A DNA stretch of 64,000 bases from a virus: IMG/VR virus record IMGVR_UViG_3300024999_001421. One strand, written 5' to 3'. The position numbers and the translations under genes are program-made. The notes below the pieces were generated by a model. The model was not told the DNA's origin. It saw nothing but the letters and a program-made list of their open reading frames with translations, and made no database searches. This document shows, one piece after another, positions 42,201-51,635 of the stretch (positions are counted from its first letter, which is position 1; every line of letters begins with the position of its first letter).

Positions 42201-44666
42201 GCCAAAGAGTCTATGCCGAAGGTGGAAGGTGCTAAACCTACTAAGGACGGCATGTTGCCGGTATATAACGCTTTAAATAACCGCAAAATGTTCAATGCGG
42301 TATGGTCAGAAGCTAAAAAGGATATTGTTAAGCGGTTAAAGGCAAAAGGATTATCGGTTGAAGGTGTTAACCTTGACCAGATGTTTGCTGAACTTCTCTA
42401 TCACCCCTACACCAAAGGACAGTTAAGTAGGGAAGTTAGTAAGGGCATCAAGCAATACGGCATTGATGTGAATAACATTGTCCGGCAGCACTTTACTGTA
42501 GCGGAGAAAACAGGGCAGGACTTAGCTGAAAAACTAACCACGAAAGGCATGTTGCCGAAGGACGAAGCGGCGCTGTTGGCTCAGGATATTCAGAAGCGAT
42601 TTGCCGAGGTTGCAGAAACGAAGAAAGCGCAGATATTGAAAAATATGTTTCGCGAGAAGTCGCTGACTAAGGAACATAGGACTATTGATCAAAAGATTAT
42701 CGAATTGTCTAACCTGGGGGCATTGAGTAAAGAGCAGTATAGACGGTCGGTTGCTGAGAAGATGGGACTGCCGGTGCTGACCGAGGATATTGCTAATAGG
42801 TTGGTTGCTTTGGCCGAGCAGGCACAGATGGCAGAAGGTCGGCAGGCAGAGATTTTAAGGGCGCAGATGGCTAAGATATTAGCAGAGCAGAAACCAGTTT
42901 CATTTTGGAGAAAAGTATCTTCGGTGCAAACCTTTAGTCAGTTATTAAACTTAAAGACTGCCACTAGAAACTTAGTCGGTAATGCTGGTTTTAATGCACT
43001 AGAGAATGTGAGTGATGTTGTCGGTGCTGGCATTGATAAAGGCGTAAGTCTAGTAACAGGCAAAAGGTCAAAGGTACTGCCGAGCATAGCGACACAGGTT
43101 AAGGGTGGAATTAAAGGAGCAAAAGAAGGTATTGAAGATGCTATGCTAGGCATTGACACTCTAGGTTATGATGGTAAATTCGATTTACCGCAAAGTAGGA
43201 CGTTTAAAAAGGGCATCATGGGTAGACTTGAAACAGCTTTAAACATTGAACTAAAGGCAACTGACCGGGCGTTCTATAAGGCGGCATACGAGGAATCCTT
43301 AAGGAATCAAATGGTTGCAGAGAAGGTTAAAAAACCTACTGATAAGATGCTGGAACATGCACATCTTGACGGATTATACCGGACATTTCAAGATGAAAAT
43401 GTTTTGAGCAATATGTTTGTCGGTGTTAAGCGAATACTGAACGCTAATAAAGAATTTGGGATCGGGGATATGATACTAAAATATCCCAAAACTCCAAGTA
43501 ATTTACTTATGCGTGGAGTTGATTATTCACCTGCTGGATTTATGAAAGTATTGGTCGAGGCATCAAGACCATTACTTAAGGGTGAGTTTAATCAAAAGGC
43601 ATTTGTTGAGGCATTTTCAAGGGCGTTGGTTGGTTCAACTGCCTTATTTGGTACGGGCATATTACTTCACAAGTTAGGCATTATTACGGGGCGCAGAGAA
43701 AAGGATAAAGAATTAGCGGAACTACAAAGGCAGAATGGATTTGCCGAGTACCGCATTAATGTGTCTGCTCTAAGAAGGTTAATGTTTGGTGATGGTAATA
43801 CTAAACCGCAGAATGGCGACAAGATAATTAATTACGACTGGATGTTGCCCAATACCATACCTCTTGCTATTGGTGCAGATATAGACAAGAACAAAGGCAA
43901 AGCAACGGGATTAGTCGGCACCGTTCTTAATGCTTTTTCTACAGGCATTAACGCATTTGCTGAACAGCCAGTTATACAAGGATTTGAGACTTTATTTAGT
44001 GGTGCAAAAGGTAGTTTTGACCAAGGATTACTTAGGATATTGGAAGGGGTACCTGCTTCGTTTATGCCTACATTTTTAAACCAGATTAAGCAGTTGACCG
44101 ATAATCAGCGCAGGGAAACCTACGACCCCAATTGGGCTAAGAATATGGCAAATAAGTCGATAAACAAAATTCCCGGCTTAGCTAATAACCTGCCGCAAAA
44201 ATACGGTACGTTAGGGCAACCGCTTGAAACATATCAAGATGGGGGAAATAATCCTTTTAATGTGCTATTAAACCCAGCATTCGTTAATACCTATAAACCT
44301 TCTCCGGAGGTGCAGAAGGTGACTGATATATACGATCAGACCGGAGAAACTAAGCAAATTCCTCGTATCGTAGATAAAACAATAAAGGTTACGGGACAAA
44401 AAAGAGTTGACGGAAAATTAAAGAGCGTAACCGAAGAATTCGAGTTGTCCGGTGAGGAATTTGCAAAATACCAGAAACTTATTGGTGAAAAGACTAATGC
44501 CGGGATAGCCAAGGTATCTAATAGGTTAACTCCGGAAGCGCAGACTAAACGGATACAAGGCATCATGGATAAAGCGAACCAAGAAGCAAAAATTCAGATA
44601 CTTAGGGAGAGAGGTTTAAGGGTTATTAAAAATGGGAATGGCATAAAAATACTAAATAAGTTATAG
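39249..44666 (+). CDS. Large ejection/internal virion protein (1805 aa)
   Basis: Size, position, L.N.KT..RN..GN and P.F..TP.N-like motifs. Confidence 0.7.
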   Translation: MVMLAYDLYKGPYGNFNPYNQSRDTSREDAIRRLLSFSSNQPSVSGSSFNDLVETDLQEQYRNIYGDNVPQNTTLKIPQITDNPNYPALDLYSPEIPVREELPKLPSQFKGDMLLNYKSPSIPVPKSRSYLDAIKDWSDRASMAAGEIITGIDRPDKPQIGDFEVISRGLMSDKDKLPDNIKINLPESYTSDRPVNLNSADLAGGLAGFLAGGEFNVGSKVFQGAENAIGQALAKLGAKSPKVANIPNITQSAIKVGGATAPYEYSRSIANDREFDTGEAAQAGATNAALGVILGRLGSALGRDRTPAPAPTEFRMPEYKAPDMSNFTPEELANIRSRSMPGEMITPETVTTKEVAAAQRTLRNTPNIGKANKILDEFPELEKEFPHFRLQQGDTVILPSGKEATVKNADKMIIQVDVDGKTASIGRKVVKVPEVKVDVPEVVGDAIPEVPEIATSEIKQQPIVNDVPTPNNRSGAEAFADESIPDVSVKQEPIVAQEALPQSASELVPPEVLKDYPELSTEVGSKPTSGTKDMAEDVGLKPEKAETYDEGTIGAAKLTVPEKQSTLPGTDEKVRSFQVTGIKSPVTDDLTKAGLLVDIYRTGPGAYRPVSNLETEAVARKFIEDNGIDAAINRVMDKTETSAEQVALGGQLTYSLQKLGKHEEALNMLESLAEQLTSAGQKIQAVKIFQNLSPEGVLIKANKETKKAFNELPKQTKDKHDDLSGKLQDEFNGIDKEAIDQVVNETPELGGNKPKPKQGKPGSEKQTDPANMLAQKIVSYTKPMMPVSRLTPEMQMVKTLFSKAREVLPIEKAKLPKQNALDEVVTALQQSDNYRKTWEDAKQSIIEQNGELPQVMKDVEAYIEHYLNVPYSERSLERIVTEKMKDKNFDLEQSAFGPMSPNFRGTKLENTAFIQSIVKDSGLTGKNAEVLSLELGSKLDEALTKKRNDKTSDLAKRIIKMATENPKDAETNPVKEMFNILMQKAKESMPKVEGAKPTKDGMLPVYNALNNRKMFNAVWSEAKKDIVKRLKAKGLSVEGVNLDQMFAELLYHPYTKGQLSREVSKGIKQYGIDVNNIVRQHFTVAEKTGQDLAEKLTTKGMLPKDEAALLAQDIQKRFAEVAETKKAQILKNMFREKSLTKEHRTIDQKIIELSNLGALSKEQYRRSVAEKMGLPVLTEDIANRLVALAEQAQMAEGRQAEILRAQMAKILAEQKPVSFWRKVSSVQTFSQLLNLKTATRNLVGNAGFNALENVSDVVGAGIDKGVSLVTGKRSKVLPSIATQVKGGIKGAKEGIEDAMLGIDTLGYDGKFDLPQSRTFKKGIMGRLETALNIELKATDRAFYKAAYEESLRNQMVAEKVKKPTDKMLEHAHLDGLYRTFQDENVLSNMFVGVKRILNANKEFGIGDMILKYPKTPSNLLMRGVDYSPAGFMKVLVEASRPLLKGEFNQKAFVEAFSRALVGSTALFGTGILLHKLGIITGRREKDKELAELQRQNGFAEYRINVSALRRLMFGDGNTKPQNGDKIINYDWMLPNTIPLAIGADIDKNKGKATGLVGTVLNAFSTGINAFAEQPVIQGFETLFSGAKGSFDQGLLRILEGVPASFMPTFLNQIKQLTDNQRRETYDPNWAKNMANKSINKIPGLANNLPQKYGTLGQPLETYQDGGNNPFNVLLNPAFVNTYKPSPEVQKVTDIYDQTGETKQIPRIVDKTIKVTGQKRVDGKLKSVTEEFELSGEEFAKYQKLIGEKTNAGIAKVSNRLTPEAQTKRIQGIMDKANQEAKIQILRERGLRVIKNGNGIKILNKL

Positions 44667-44686
44667 TATATTAGGGGTGGTATTTT

Positions 44687-44902
44687 GTGAAGTTTCTTGA
44701 AAGCGAGGATTTCCATGTTTTTAGGGTCCTAATATGCACCATAGTAATAGTTGCCTTATACCTTATTCAGATGAATAATTTCTCTCTAGTTAACTTGTTG
44801 GCATACACTATATTTCTTTGGTTGTACTATTGCATTGTTTTTGTAGTGGCAGATTCTTTTAAATCAAAAAACTTAAGTAAAAAGGAAAATAACCACTCTT
44901 AA
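44687..44902 (+). CDS. Small two-TM membrane protein
   Basis: Hydrophobic segments. Confidence 0.55.
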   Translation: MKFLESEDFHVFRVLICTIVIVALYLIQMNNFSLVNLLAYTIFLWLYYCIVFVVADSFKSKNLSKKENNHS

Positions 44903-45037
44903 CGGGGTGGTTATTTTATTGTAATCATGCTATACTATATATGTGGGACATTATGGATTAGCTACCTATAATGGTGCGGTACTCTCGCCGCACTCCCATA
45001 TTAATTATAGAAGAGAGAAATAAGACCTAGAGAGGGG

Positions 45038-45859
45038 TTGTTTTTTGTGCAACTTTACAAGATTAATGAAGTAAATTCTCATAAGTTTTACAAGATACCA
45101 AAGCAGTTAATTGAAAATGTTTGCTACAGGGTAAAGTTGACTTCTGATGCAAAATTAGTTTATTCAGTTCTTTTGGACAGAATGGAATTATCCAGAAAAA
45201 ATAATTGGGTAAATGAAAATAACGAGATATATCTTCTCTACACTAAGAATGACATAGCTGACATTTTAGGAATTTCTGAATCTACCGCATATAAAGCATT
45301 CAAGTTATTAGATGAAGTAGGTTTGATTAAACAGGTTCGCCAAGGACTAAATAAGCCTAATAAAATATTCATAGGCAAGATAAACCCAGTATTTACGGGG
45401 AACTGTAAAATCTGCAGGTCAAGAACAGTAAAATGTAACGGTCAAAACATGCAGGATTTACAGGGTATCTATACTCATGTTAGTGAAACTCATGTTAGTG
45501 AAACTCATAATGTATATAATGTTGGTGTTGTTAAAAAGCACAACACCAAGTCATATGGACTGTTTAATAAATTAATCAAAAATCCTATTAATAAGGATAC
45601 GGATAAATTTGAAGAACAGTGTGTTAAATACTTTTTCCATCAATATAGAAGTATGATGGGAGAAGATCATCCGTCAATGAAGGACGAGCAGATAAAAAAT
45701 GCTCTCGATGTTATAGGAATAAACTTTTCGTCTGGTGAAGTAGTGATGGAAGTAATAAAGGATTATTTTAGTACGGAAATGGATTGTGATTATAACCTTA
45801 ATCATTTTGTTAGCGGCGAGATTATTGATATGCGGATGTATAATACGGGAAATTATTGA
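45038..45859 (+). CDS. repA: RepA_N-family replication initiator
   Basis: FYKIPK.L...LTSDAKLVYS.LLDR.ELS.KNNWV.EN..IY...RQGLNKPNKIF. Confidence 0.9.
   Translation: MFFVQLYKINEVNSHKFYKIPKQLIENVCYRVKLTSDAKLVYSVLLDRMELSRKNNWVNENNEIYLLYTKNDIADILGISESTAYKAFKLLDEVGLIKQVRQGLNKPNKIFIGKINPVFTGNCKICRSRTVKCNGQNMQDLQGIYTHVSETHVSETHNVYNVGVVKKHNTKSYGLFNKLIKNPINKDTDKFEEQCVKYFFHQYRSMMGEDHPSMKDEQIKNALDVIGINFSSGEVVMEVIKDYFSTEMDCDYNLNHFVSGEIIDMRMYNTGNY
45473..45549. repeat. Tandem and inverted repeats inside repA (candidate origin)
   Basis: ACTCATGTTAGTGAA x2.4; TTGGTGTTGT...ACAACACCAA. Confidence 0.6.
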
Positions 45860-45974
45860 TAAAAACTTTTTGAAGTAAATAACTTTCGACATTATTACAA
45901 TTTTTCCGACAAAGGTTATTTCGGAATGAATATTGAATATCGTCCCAAAAGGCTTTCGCAGGGAAGGGGGCGAT

Positions 45975-46280
45975 ATGATGAAAAGAAGGTTGAGTATTGC
46001 AGTTGTTTTGTGTCTGCTTGCGTTGTTTGCGTTTTCGTCAGCAGCAAGTGCCAGCGTCTATGTTCACGGGTACACGAGAAGCAACGGAACCTATGTAGCA
46101 CCGCACTATAGGAGTAGTCCAAATAGTACGTATTTAGATAACTACTCTTATCGCGGCAATATAAACCCGTACACGGGCAGTATTGGAACACGTAGTTATG
46201 ATTCTAGTTATTACACGCCAAGTTATAGTTATACGCCGAGTTACAGCTATACTCCAAGTTATGGTTACTCAGGTTGGTAG
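45975..46280 (+). CDS. Secreted protein with YTPSYS repeats
   Basis: Signal peptide; V.GY.RSNGTYV.PHYR. Confidence 0.75.
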   Translation: MMKRRLSIAVVLCLLALFAFSSAASASVYVHGYTRSNGTYVAPHYRSSPNSTYLDNYSYRGNINPYTGSIGTRSYDSSYYTPSYSYTPSYSYTPSYGYSGW

Positions 46281-46355
46281 AGATTTAACCCCGTTATTGA
46301 CGGGGTTATTTATTATCTTTTTTGCAAAGAAATAACCACTTCTTAATTGAGGTGG

Positions 46356-46571
46356 TTATTTTTCGTCCGACACATATTCAAATAAATCTCCCGGTTGACA
46401 TTTGAGGACTTGACACAGTTTTTTAATTTGCTCTATCTCTATTCTCTTAGTTGTGCCATGCCATAATTGCGAAACAGTACCGGGGCGTATTCCCGTTAAC
46501 TTAGTCAATTCTCTTTGATTTATACGGTGTCTGCCCATCAACTCCGAAACCTTGATTATTACCTTAGCCAT
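46356..46571 (-). CDS. XRE (HTH_26) regulator
   Basis: QRELTKLTGIRPGTVS...LC..L.CQPGDLFEY. Confidence 0.88.
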   Translation of the reverse strand: MAKVIIKVSELMGRHRINQRELTKLTGIRPGTVSQLWHGTTKRIEIEQIKKLCQVLKCQPGDLFEYVSDEK

Positions 46572-46728
46572 TATTTTTACACCTCCTACCGTATACAGTA
46601 TAGCATTAATGACTAATGAATTGCAAATATATTTTAATATATTACTTTTGTCGTATTGACATATTACTCTTATAGTAGTATAATTTTCATTAGAAGTAGC
46701 ATATAAATATAGGTTGGGAGGTAGGGAG

Positions 46729-47001
46729 ATGGAAAAAAGTTTCAAGAATTGCTTTGCGGAGTTATGCTCTAGCCGTGCCGGTGATGCGGTTATGATGGCG
46801 AGCATGACAGACAGTTATGTCGATGTGTTGGACAACCTGAATTCTGTTCGTAAGCAGGTCGAGAAATTAATCGGACCAGAATTAATGATTAGATTATCAG
46901 ATGCTTACGGTTACAAGCAGGTTAGTGACACCAATGTAGCTTATGAGCAGGGCATGAGGGACGGGTTGCGCTTGAATAGAATAGTGGGAGGGATTGTATG
47001 A
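46729..47001 (+). CDS. Hypothetical protein
   Basis: AY.QG.RDGL motif; follows a divergent sigmaA promoter. Confidence 0.6.
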   Translation: MEKSFKNCFAELCSSRAGDAVMMASMTDSYVDVLDNLNSVRKQVEKLIGPELMIRLSDAYGYKQVSDTNVAYEQGMRDGLRLNRIVGGIV

Positions 47002-47876
47002 ATAATCAACTTGTTCCGGTAGAGCAGAAACTTGTTAACTTTAACGGTGCCGAGATTATGGCGGTTAAGGCCAGTGACGATAAAGTTTACGTGGGAGTTA
47101 GTTGGGTGTGTGATGGTTTAGGCCTTAACGAAAACCAAACCAAAGCACAGAGAGACAAAATTAATAGCGATATTGTACTTTCTAAAGGGGGGCGTAAAAT
47201 CTCCACCCTTACTGCCGGGGGAAATCAAGATATTTTAGTTTTAGAGTTAGACTTTCTCCCGATATGGCTGGCTAAAATTAACGCCAATATTATCGAGAGC
47301 GAAGAAGTGCAGAACAGACTTGTCGAATATCAACTAAAGGCTAAGGACGTTTTGGCAGAAGCATTTTTACATAAATCTAAGTCGCTTCGCCGCCGGATGC
47401 CGACATGGGATCGTGAAGCAATGGCAGAAATAAGATTCGCTAAAGAATTTGCCAAGGCAATAGGCATTAGACCGGAACGTGCGGTTGCAGTCGCTATTGC
47501 CAGAACTGAGAAAGAAACAGGCAGACAGTTAACCGATTACCGCAAACTTTTACCTGCTGTTAGCGAAGAAGATGCCGAGATTTTAACCGCTAGTCAAATA
47601 GGTGAGCAGTTAGACATGAAATCCAGCGCAGTTAATTTACTGTTAGAGGAAATGGGTTTTCAATATGGTATTCGCGAAGCAGGCAAGAAGCCTGGTACTG
47701 AAAGATTGGTCAAGAGAAACCCTTGGAAGTTAACCGAGGAAGGCAAAGAATACGGAATGATGCAGGATGCCGCTAATAATAAGTGGGAAGGATTTCAGAT
47801 ACTTTGGAAACCAAGAGTCATTGATGCGATCAATGAATTCATTGCCAATAAGTCTGGTGCAGGTCAGGAGGTTTGA
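46998..47876 (+). CDS. Antirepressor (P22_AR N-terminal domain)
   Basis: V.FNG..I.A...VYVGV.WVC..LGL...LDFLPIWLAKI. Confidence 0.88.
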   Translation: MNNQLVPVEQKLVNFNGAEIMAVKASDDKVYVGVSWVCDGLGLNENQTKAQRDKINSDIVLSKGGRKISTLTAGGNQDILVLELDFLPIWLAKINANIIESEEVQNRLVEYQLKAKDVLAEAFLHKSKSLRRRMPTWDREAMAEIRFAKEFAKAIGIRPERAVAVAIARTEKETGRQLTDYRKLLPAVSEEDAEILTASQIGEQLDMKSSAVNLLLEEMGFQYGIREAGKKPGTERLVKRNPWKLTEEGKEYGMMQDAANNKWEGFQILWKPRVIDAINEFIANKSGAGQEV

Positions 47877-48571
47877 TGTAGTGAATGATCGTACCTACCA
47901 TTGCGATTTATGTATGTGTCCTATTGAATTCTGGGAACCATTAAAAACATTTAAAAGCGACAGAAGTTGTGATATATTTTCCGACGTTTCTGATGTTATA
48001 TGGGAACTGGAGGAGCGTATCCAGTATAATTTTAGTGATGTTTTAGAGAAATGCTTAAAATTTACTGATATGTACCCGGACATAGAGGATTTTACCGCAA
48101 CAATTAAAGAGATATGTGAAATCCAGAAAGATTGTGGAGTAATTACAGATAAATATTTAGGTTGAATTGAGCAAGTCAGGAGGGACTAACATGAATAAAT
48201 TAGTGTGCCTAGTCAAAACATGCCTATACAATGACGGTGAAAACAATTGAGTGGGTCGTGCAATTATCTCTCCAAAAAACGGAGAGGCGGTTTGTTGTTG
48301 CTACGAACACAAGGAAGAAAAAACTATTCGTTTAGTGGTTGATAATAAAAAATAGTTTATTTTAAGCACTCCTTCGGGGGTGTTTTATTTTATCCCATTA
48401 CAGAAAAATTACAACAAATATGTTATAATTAATTAAATATCATCGACAAAACAAAAACGTGATGCCCGCTAATCCCAGGAGGATTTATCAGCGGTGGGTG
48501 CTGTCACACCCTGCATCACGTAAACAGTATAGCATAGTCTGATTAATCTGACTACCAGGAGGTACGCTAAT

Positions 48572-48805
48572 GTGACGCAGGAACAGGACGTTGTACGATT
48601 ACAAGAGCAGGTAAAGACATTATTTGCAGCTCAGAAGGATTTATCGGTAGATCTAGAGCGACATGAGCAAGAAGATAAACAAGCATTTGCGGAGGTATTG
48701 AAGCGCATGGATGAAATGTATAAAACATTCCAGAACCGTCCTCCAGTATGGGCGTCAACACTCATAGCGGCACTGATGGGCATTTGTGGGTGGTTGGCTA
48801 AATGA
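48572..48805 (+). CDS. XhlA/holin-like membrane protein
   Basis: Coiled coil then C-terminal TM; first gene of lysis block. Confidence 0.6.
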   Translation: MTQEQDVVRLQEQVKTLFAAQKDLSVDLERHEQEDKQAFAEVLKRMDEMYKTFQNRPPVWASTLIAALMGICGWLAK

Positions 48806-49089
48806 AAATACATCGCGGACAAGCATCGGTAATCTTATTATCCATTATCTTATCTGCAGCAGTATTGTTTTTCGTCTGCACTATCGGGGAGAAGCAAGAC
48901 ATTAACCAGTTAACCGATAATCAGCTAAGGCAAGAATTGATGGATATTAAGGGCATAGGCGAGGTTACGGCAGATAGAGTAGTTAAGTATCGCGCAGAGA
49001 ATAAACCGGTCAGTATAGCCGAATTAGACGGTATTAAGGGTATTGGAGATAAGAGACTGGCCTTGATTAAGAAGAAGTTTAAGGAGTGA
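48802..49089 (+). CDS. Membrane-anchored ComEA-like helix-hairpin-helix protein
   Basis: N-terminal TM; IKGIGEVTADRVVKYR and IKGIGDKRL. Confidence 0.85.
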   Translation: MKIHRGQASVILLSIILSAAVLFFVCTIGEKQDINQLTDNQLRQELMDIKGIGEVTADRVVKYRAENKPVSIAELDGIKGIGDKRLALIKKKFKE

Positions 49090-49293
49090 GGAAATGCAAA
49101 ATGTATTGGATATTGTGAATACGCAAAACTTCGCATGGGGTTTTATACTTGGTTCTATGTTCTTTGGGACGCTCGGTGTCATAAGTAAATACTATGACCT
49201 TTTGTTTATTATTAGGGCTGCGGAAGAAGGAACTTCTGAGAAGATATTGGGCAAGTGGTATAAAATAAGAGAAGTTAAGTAAGGAGTGATAAA

Positions 49294-49869
49294 ATGCTAA
49301 TAGTGCTAGATCCTGGTCACGGCGGCTTAGATAGCGGAGCAGTAGGCAACGGTCTATTAGAGAAAAATCTTAACTGGATAGTCTCAAATAAGATTAAAGA
49401 AAAACTAGCTAAATACAATGTTCAGGTTATGGTCATACAGCCGTCCTGCGCCAATCCAAGGTCAACATCAGGGGACGAATTGACCATGCCTGTCAAGGAA
49501 GCGATTAAACTTAAAGCAGATTTCTTCCTCTCGATCCACACTAACGCCGGCAACGGAACTGGTTTTGAAAGTTTCGTACATAACAAGGCGAATAGGATTA
49601 CCGATTTAATGCGGAACATTATTCACGACAACACTTCACCGGTATTTACCAAAAACAATATGCCGGACAGGGGCAAGAAACGTGCTAATTTTTATGTATT
49701 GCGGAAGATGGACGAAGCAGGAATACCGGGCATGCTAATTGAGAACGGGTTTATTGATAACAAGAAGGATGCTGAGTTTTTGAAAGACTCTGTATTTCTC
49801 AATAAGTTAGCCAATGAGATCGCATATGGTATTGTGCTAGTATTTGATTTACAAGAAAGAGAGGGATAA
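49294..49869 (+). CDS. N-acetylmuramoyl-L-alanine amidase (Amidase_3) endolysin
   Basis: LDPGHGG.D.GA...EK..N, SIH.NA, LIENGFIDN. Confidence 0.95.
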   Translation: MLIVLDPGHGGLDSGAVGNGLLEKNLNWIVSNKIKEKLAKYNVQVMVIQPSCANPRSTSGDELTMPVKEAIKLKADFFLSIHTNAGNGTGFESFVHNKANRITDLMRNIIHDNTSPVFTKNNMPDRGKKRANFYVLRKMDEAGIPGMLIENGFIDNKKDAEFLKDSVFLNKLANEIAYGIVLVFDLQEREG

Positions 49870-49870
49870 G

Positions 49871-50095
49871 ATGAAAGAATTTACTAAAATGGATTGGTTT
49901 TTCGCAGGTTGCATGGCTGTGTGCTTAACTACATATCTATACACCTGCCTAATCGGTAAACCGCTAGATAATATAAAAGAACTGATATTCATTTTCGGTA
50001 CAAGTATAGGTTTGGCGACTGGCGGTAGGTTTTACAGCAACTTAGTCGGTGCGGAAACGAATAAGGATACCGATAAAACGGTTAAACTACAATAA
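49871..50095 (+). CDS. Probable holin
   Basis: Two TM segments, follows the endolysin. Confidence 0.55.
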   Translation: MKEFTKMDWFFAGCMAVCLTTYLYTCLIGKPLDNIKELIFIFGTSIGLATGGRFYSNLVGAETNKDTDKTVKLQ

Positions 50096-50214
50096 CGCGA
50101 ATAATTTTCTTATGCCCGGTGAACTTGTAAGGATTACTTGCAGGTTGCCGGGTTTTTGTTTTTACACAAAAAGATACTCCCCTTAATGTGAACTAAAGAG
50201 AGTATCTTGTGTTT

Positions 50215-50290
50215 TGGCTGTGAAGGTAGGTCTCGAACCTACGACAAGTTGATTAACAGTCAACCACTCTACCTACTGAGTTACTCCACA
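50215..50290 (-). tRNA. tRNA-Asn(GTT)
   Basis: Acceptor TGTGGAG/CTTCACA, anticodon arm GTTGA-CTGTTAA-TCAAC, GGTTCGAGACC, encoded CCA. Confidence 0.93.
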
Positions 50291-50401
50291 ATACGGAGGG
50301 ACTTTTTAGCTACCCCTTCGGATATACAAGGTTAGTCCCTTCTATCAACCTAGTCACCTTTAGGTATGACCACACCCACGTTATTTTTAGTATAACGTCT
50401 C

Positions 50402-50477
50402 TGGAGCATCATGTAGGATTCGAACCCACAACCTTCTCCTTACAAGGGAGTTACTCTTCCAGTTGAGTTAATGATGC
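50402..50477 (-). tRNA. tRNA-Thr(TGT)
   Basis: Acceptor GCATCAT/ATGATGC, CTCC-CTTGTAA-GGAG, GGTTCGAATCC, encoded CCA. Confidence 0.92.
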
Positions 50478-50512
50478 TTGTATCCGGCAAGGGCAGGCCG
50501 ACTTAGTTAGTC

Positions 50513-51220
50513 TTACAATTTTTTAACTTCCAATTTAACGCTTAAATCAGCGGTGCACGATACGATACTTATTTCTTCCCCACAAAGGGGGCAAGTATCT
50601 GTAGGTAGATTCTTAACCGCTAAATTGTCCTTAGTATCATCCTCGGTCAAAATAACCATGCTTCTGAATTCTATTCCGCAATATGGGCATTTAACATCGG
50701 TATGGGTGATTATTGTTGCTTCGTCATTTTCCTTGACGAAACCATTTTCTTTCATCCAATCAGTTTCAGCTTCAAGAACACTAGCAACGGTTTCAATATC
50801 AATCCCTGTCTCATTGGCAATGCAAGCGGCAACCTCGTCGATATCCATAATCTGAGGCAGTCCAGCAACCTTTCTCGCTTCTTCATACTCACGTTTTGCC
50901 TCGGCAACATCTTCGGGAGAAACTTCCCCGCCTGCCTCGACTTCAGCTTTCCAATTACCAAGGACGTCTCTAATTAACCTACTAGAACGTCTGCTAATGC
51001 CACTAATAATATTCTCAGCGAGTTTTTTATTAGCCCTTAGTCTTGGATCATATTCATCCTCATAAATGCTTTCAAGGATATTAAATATATTCGCTTTGCC
51101 GCTATTATAAACAAGTCCTGCAACTTCAACTGCCAACCACTCAGCATCAATAGTTCCCTTTACTGTTTCTTCACTCAACTTTATTACCTCACTTTTCTTT
51201 GCTCTGCCCTTTGCCTGCAT
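50513..51220 (-). CDS. Hypothetical protein with C-terminal zinc ribbon
   Basis: CPYC...CPLC; ATG lies just after TTGAGA-17-TATAAT, so possibly leaderless. Confidence 0.65.
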   Translation of the reverse strand: MQAKGRAKKSEVIKLSEETVKGTIDAEWLAVEVAGLVYNSGKANIFNILESIYEDEYDPRLRANKKLAENIISGISRRSSRLIRDVLGNWKAEVEAGGEVSPEDVAEAKREYEEARKVAGLPQIMDIDEVAACIANETGIDIETVASVLEAETDWMKENGFVKENDEATIITHTDVKCPYCGIEFRSMVILTEDDTKDNLAVKNLPTDTCPLCGEEISIVSCTADLSVKLEVKKL

Positions 51221-51314
51221 AGATAATTATACCACCACCACACCAATATCTCAACTTAATACGGTAAATTTATTCCGTACTCAGTAGAGTTTTTTTGCAG
51301 AAAAAAAGAACTCC

Positions 51315-51614
51315 TTAGCACCCATCTAATTTAAAGATTTCATGCAGTCTTATTAACTCCAAGGCTTTACTAATAACCCAACTATCGTCAAGCGGTAAAT
51401 TAAACCCTGACGAACCATCAAAACCATCGAATATATCTGCAAAAGGTACGGTTCTGGCTATGTCGGGATAGTCCTTTTGCAGCTGAACTAATTCTCTAGC
51501 CCATTTATCCCATACGTGATCTTCTATGCTTGATGTATTAAACCTGTAGTAAATGCAGGAATGAACATATACTTGCCTACGCCTACGATCTATTAGATTA
51601 TATATTTCGGTCAT
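51315..51614 (-). CDS. Stand-alone domain resembling NAD-dependent DNA ligase domain Ia
   Basis: HSCIYY....SIEDHVWD...ELVQLQKDYP vs LigA H..YY....ISD.EYD...EL..LE..P. Confidence 0.7.
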   Translation of the reverse strand: MTEIYNLIDRRRRQVYVHSCIYYRFNTSSIEDHVWDKWARELVQLQKDYPDIARTVPFADIFDGFDGSSGFNLPLDDSWVISKALELIRLHEIFKLDGC

Positions 51615-51635
51615 ATTTCACCTCTGATTTATCAA

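Noticed and set aside
50100-50401. Theta (HDV-like) ribozymes at tRNA 3' ends
   Set aside because: Sequences after the CCA ends are a simple hairpin and a terminator, with no P3/P1.1/J4-2 elements
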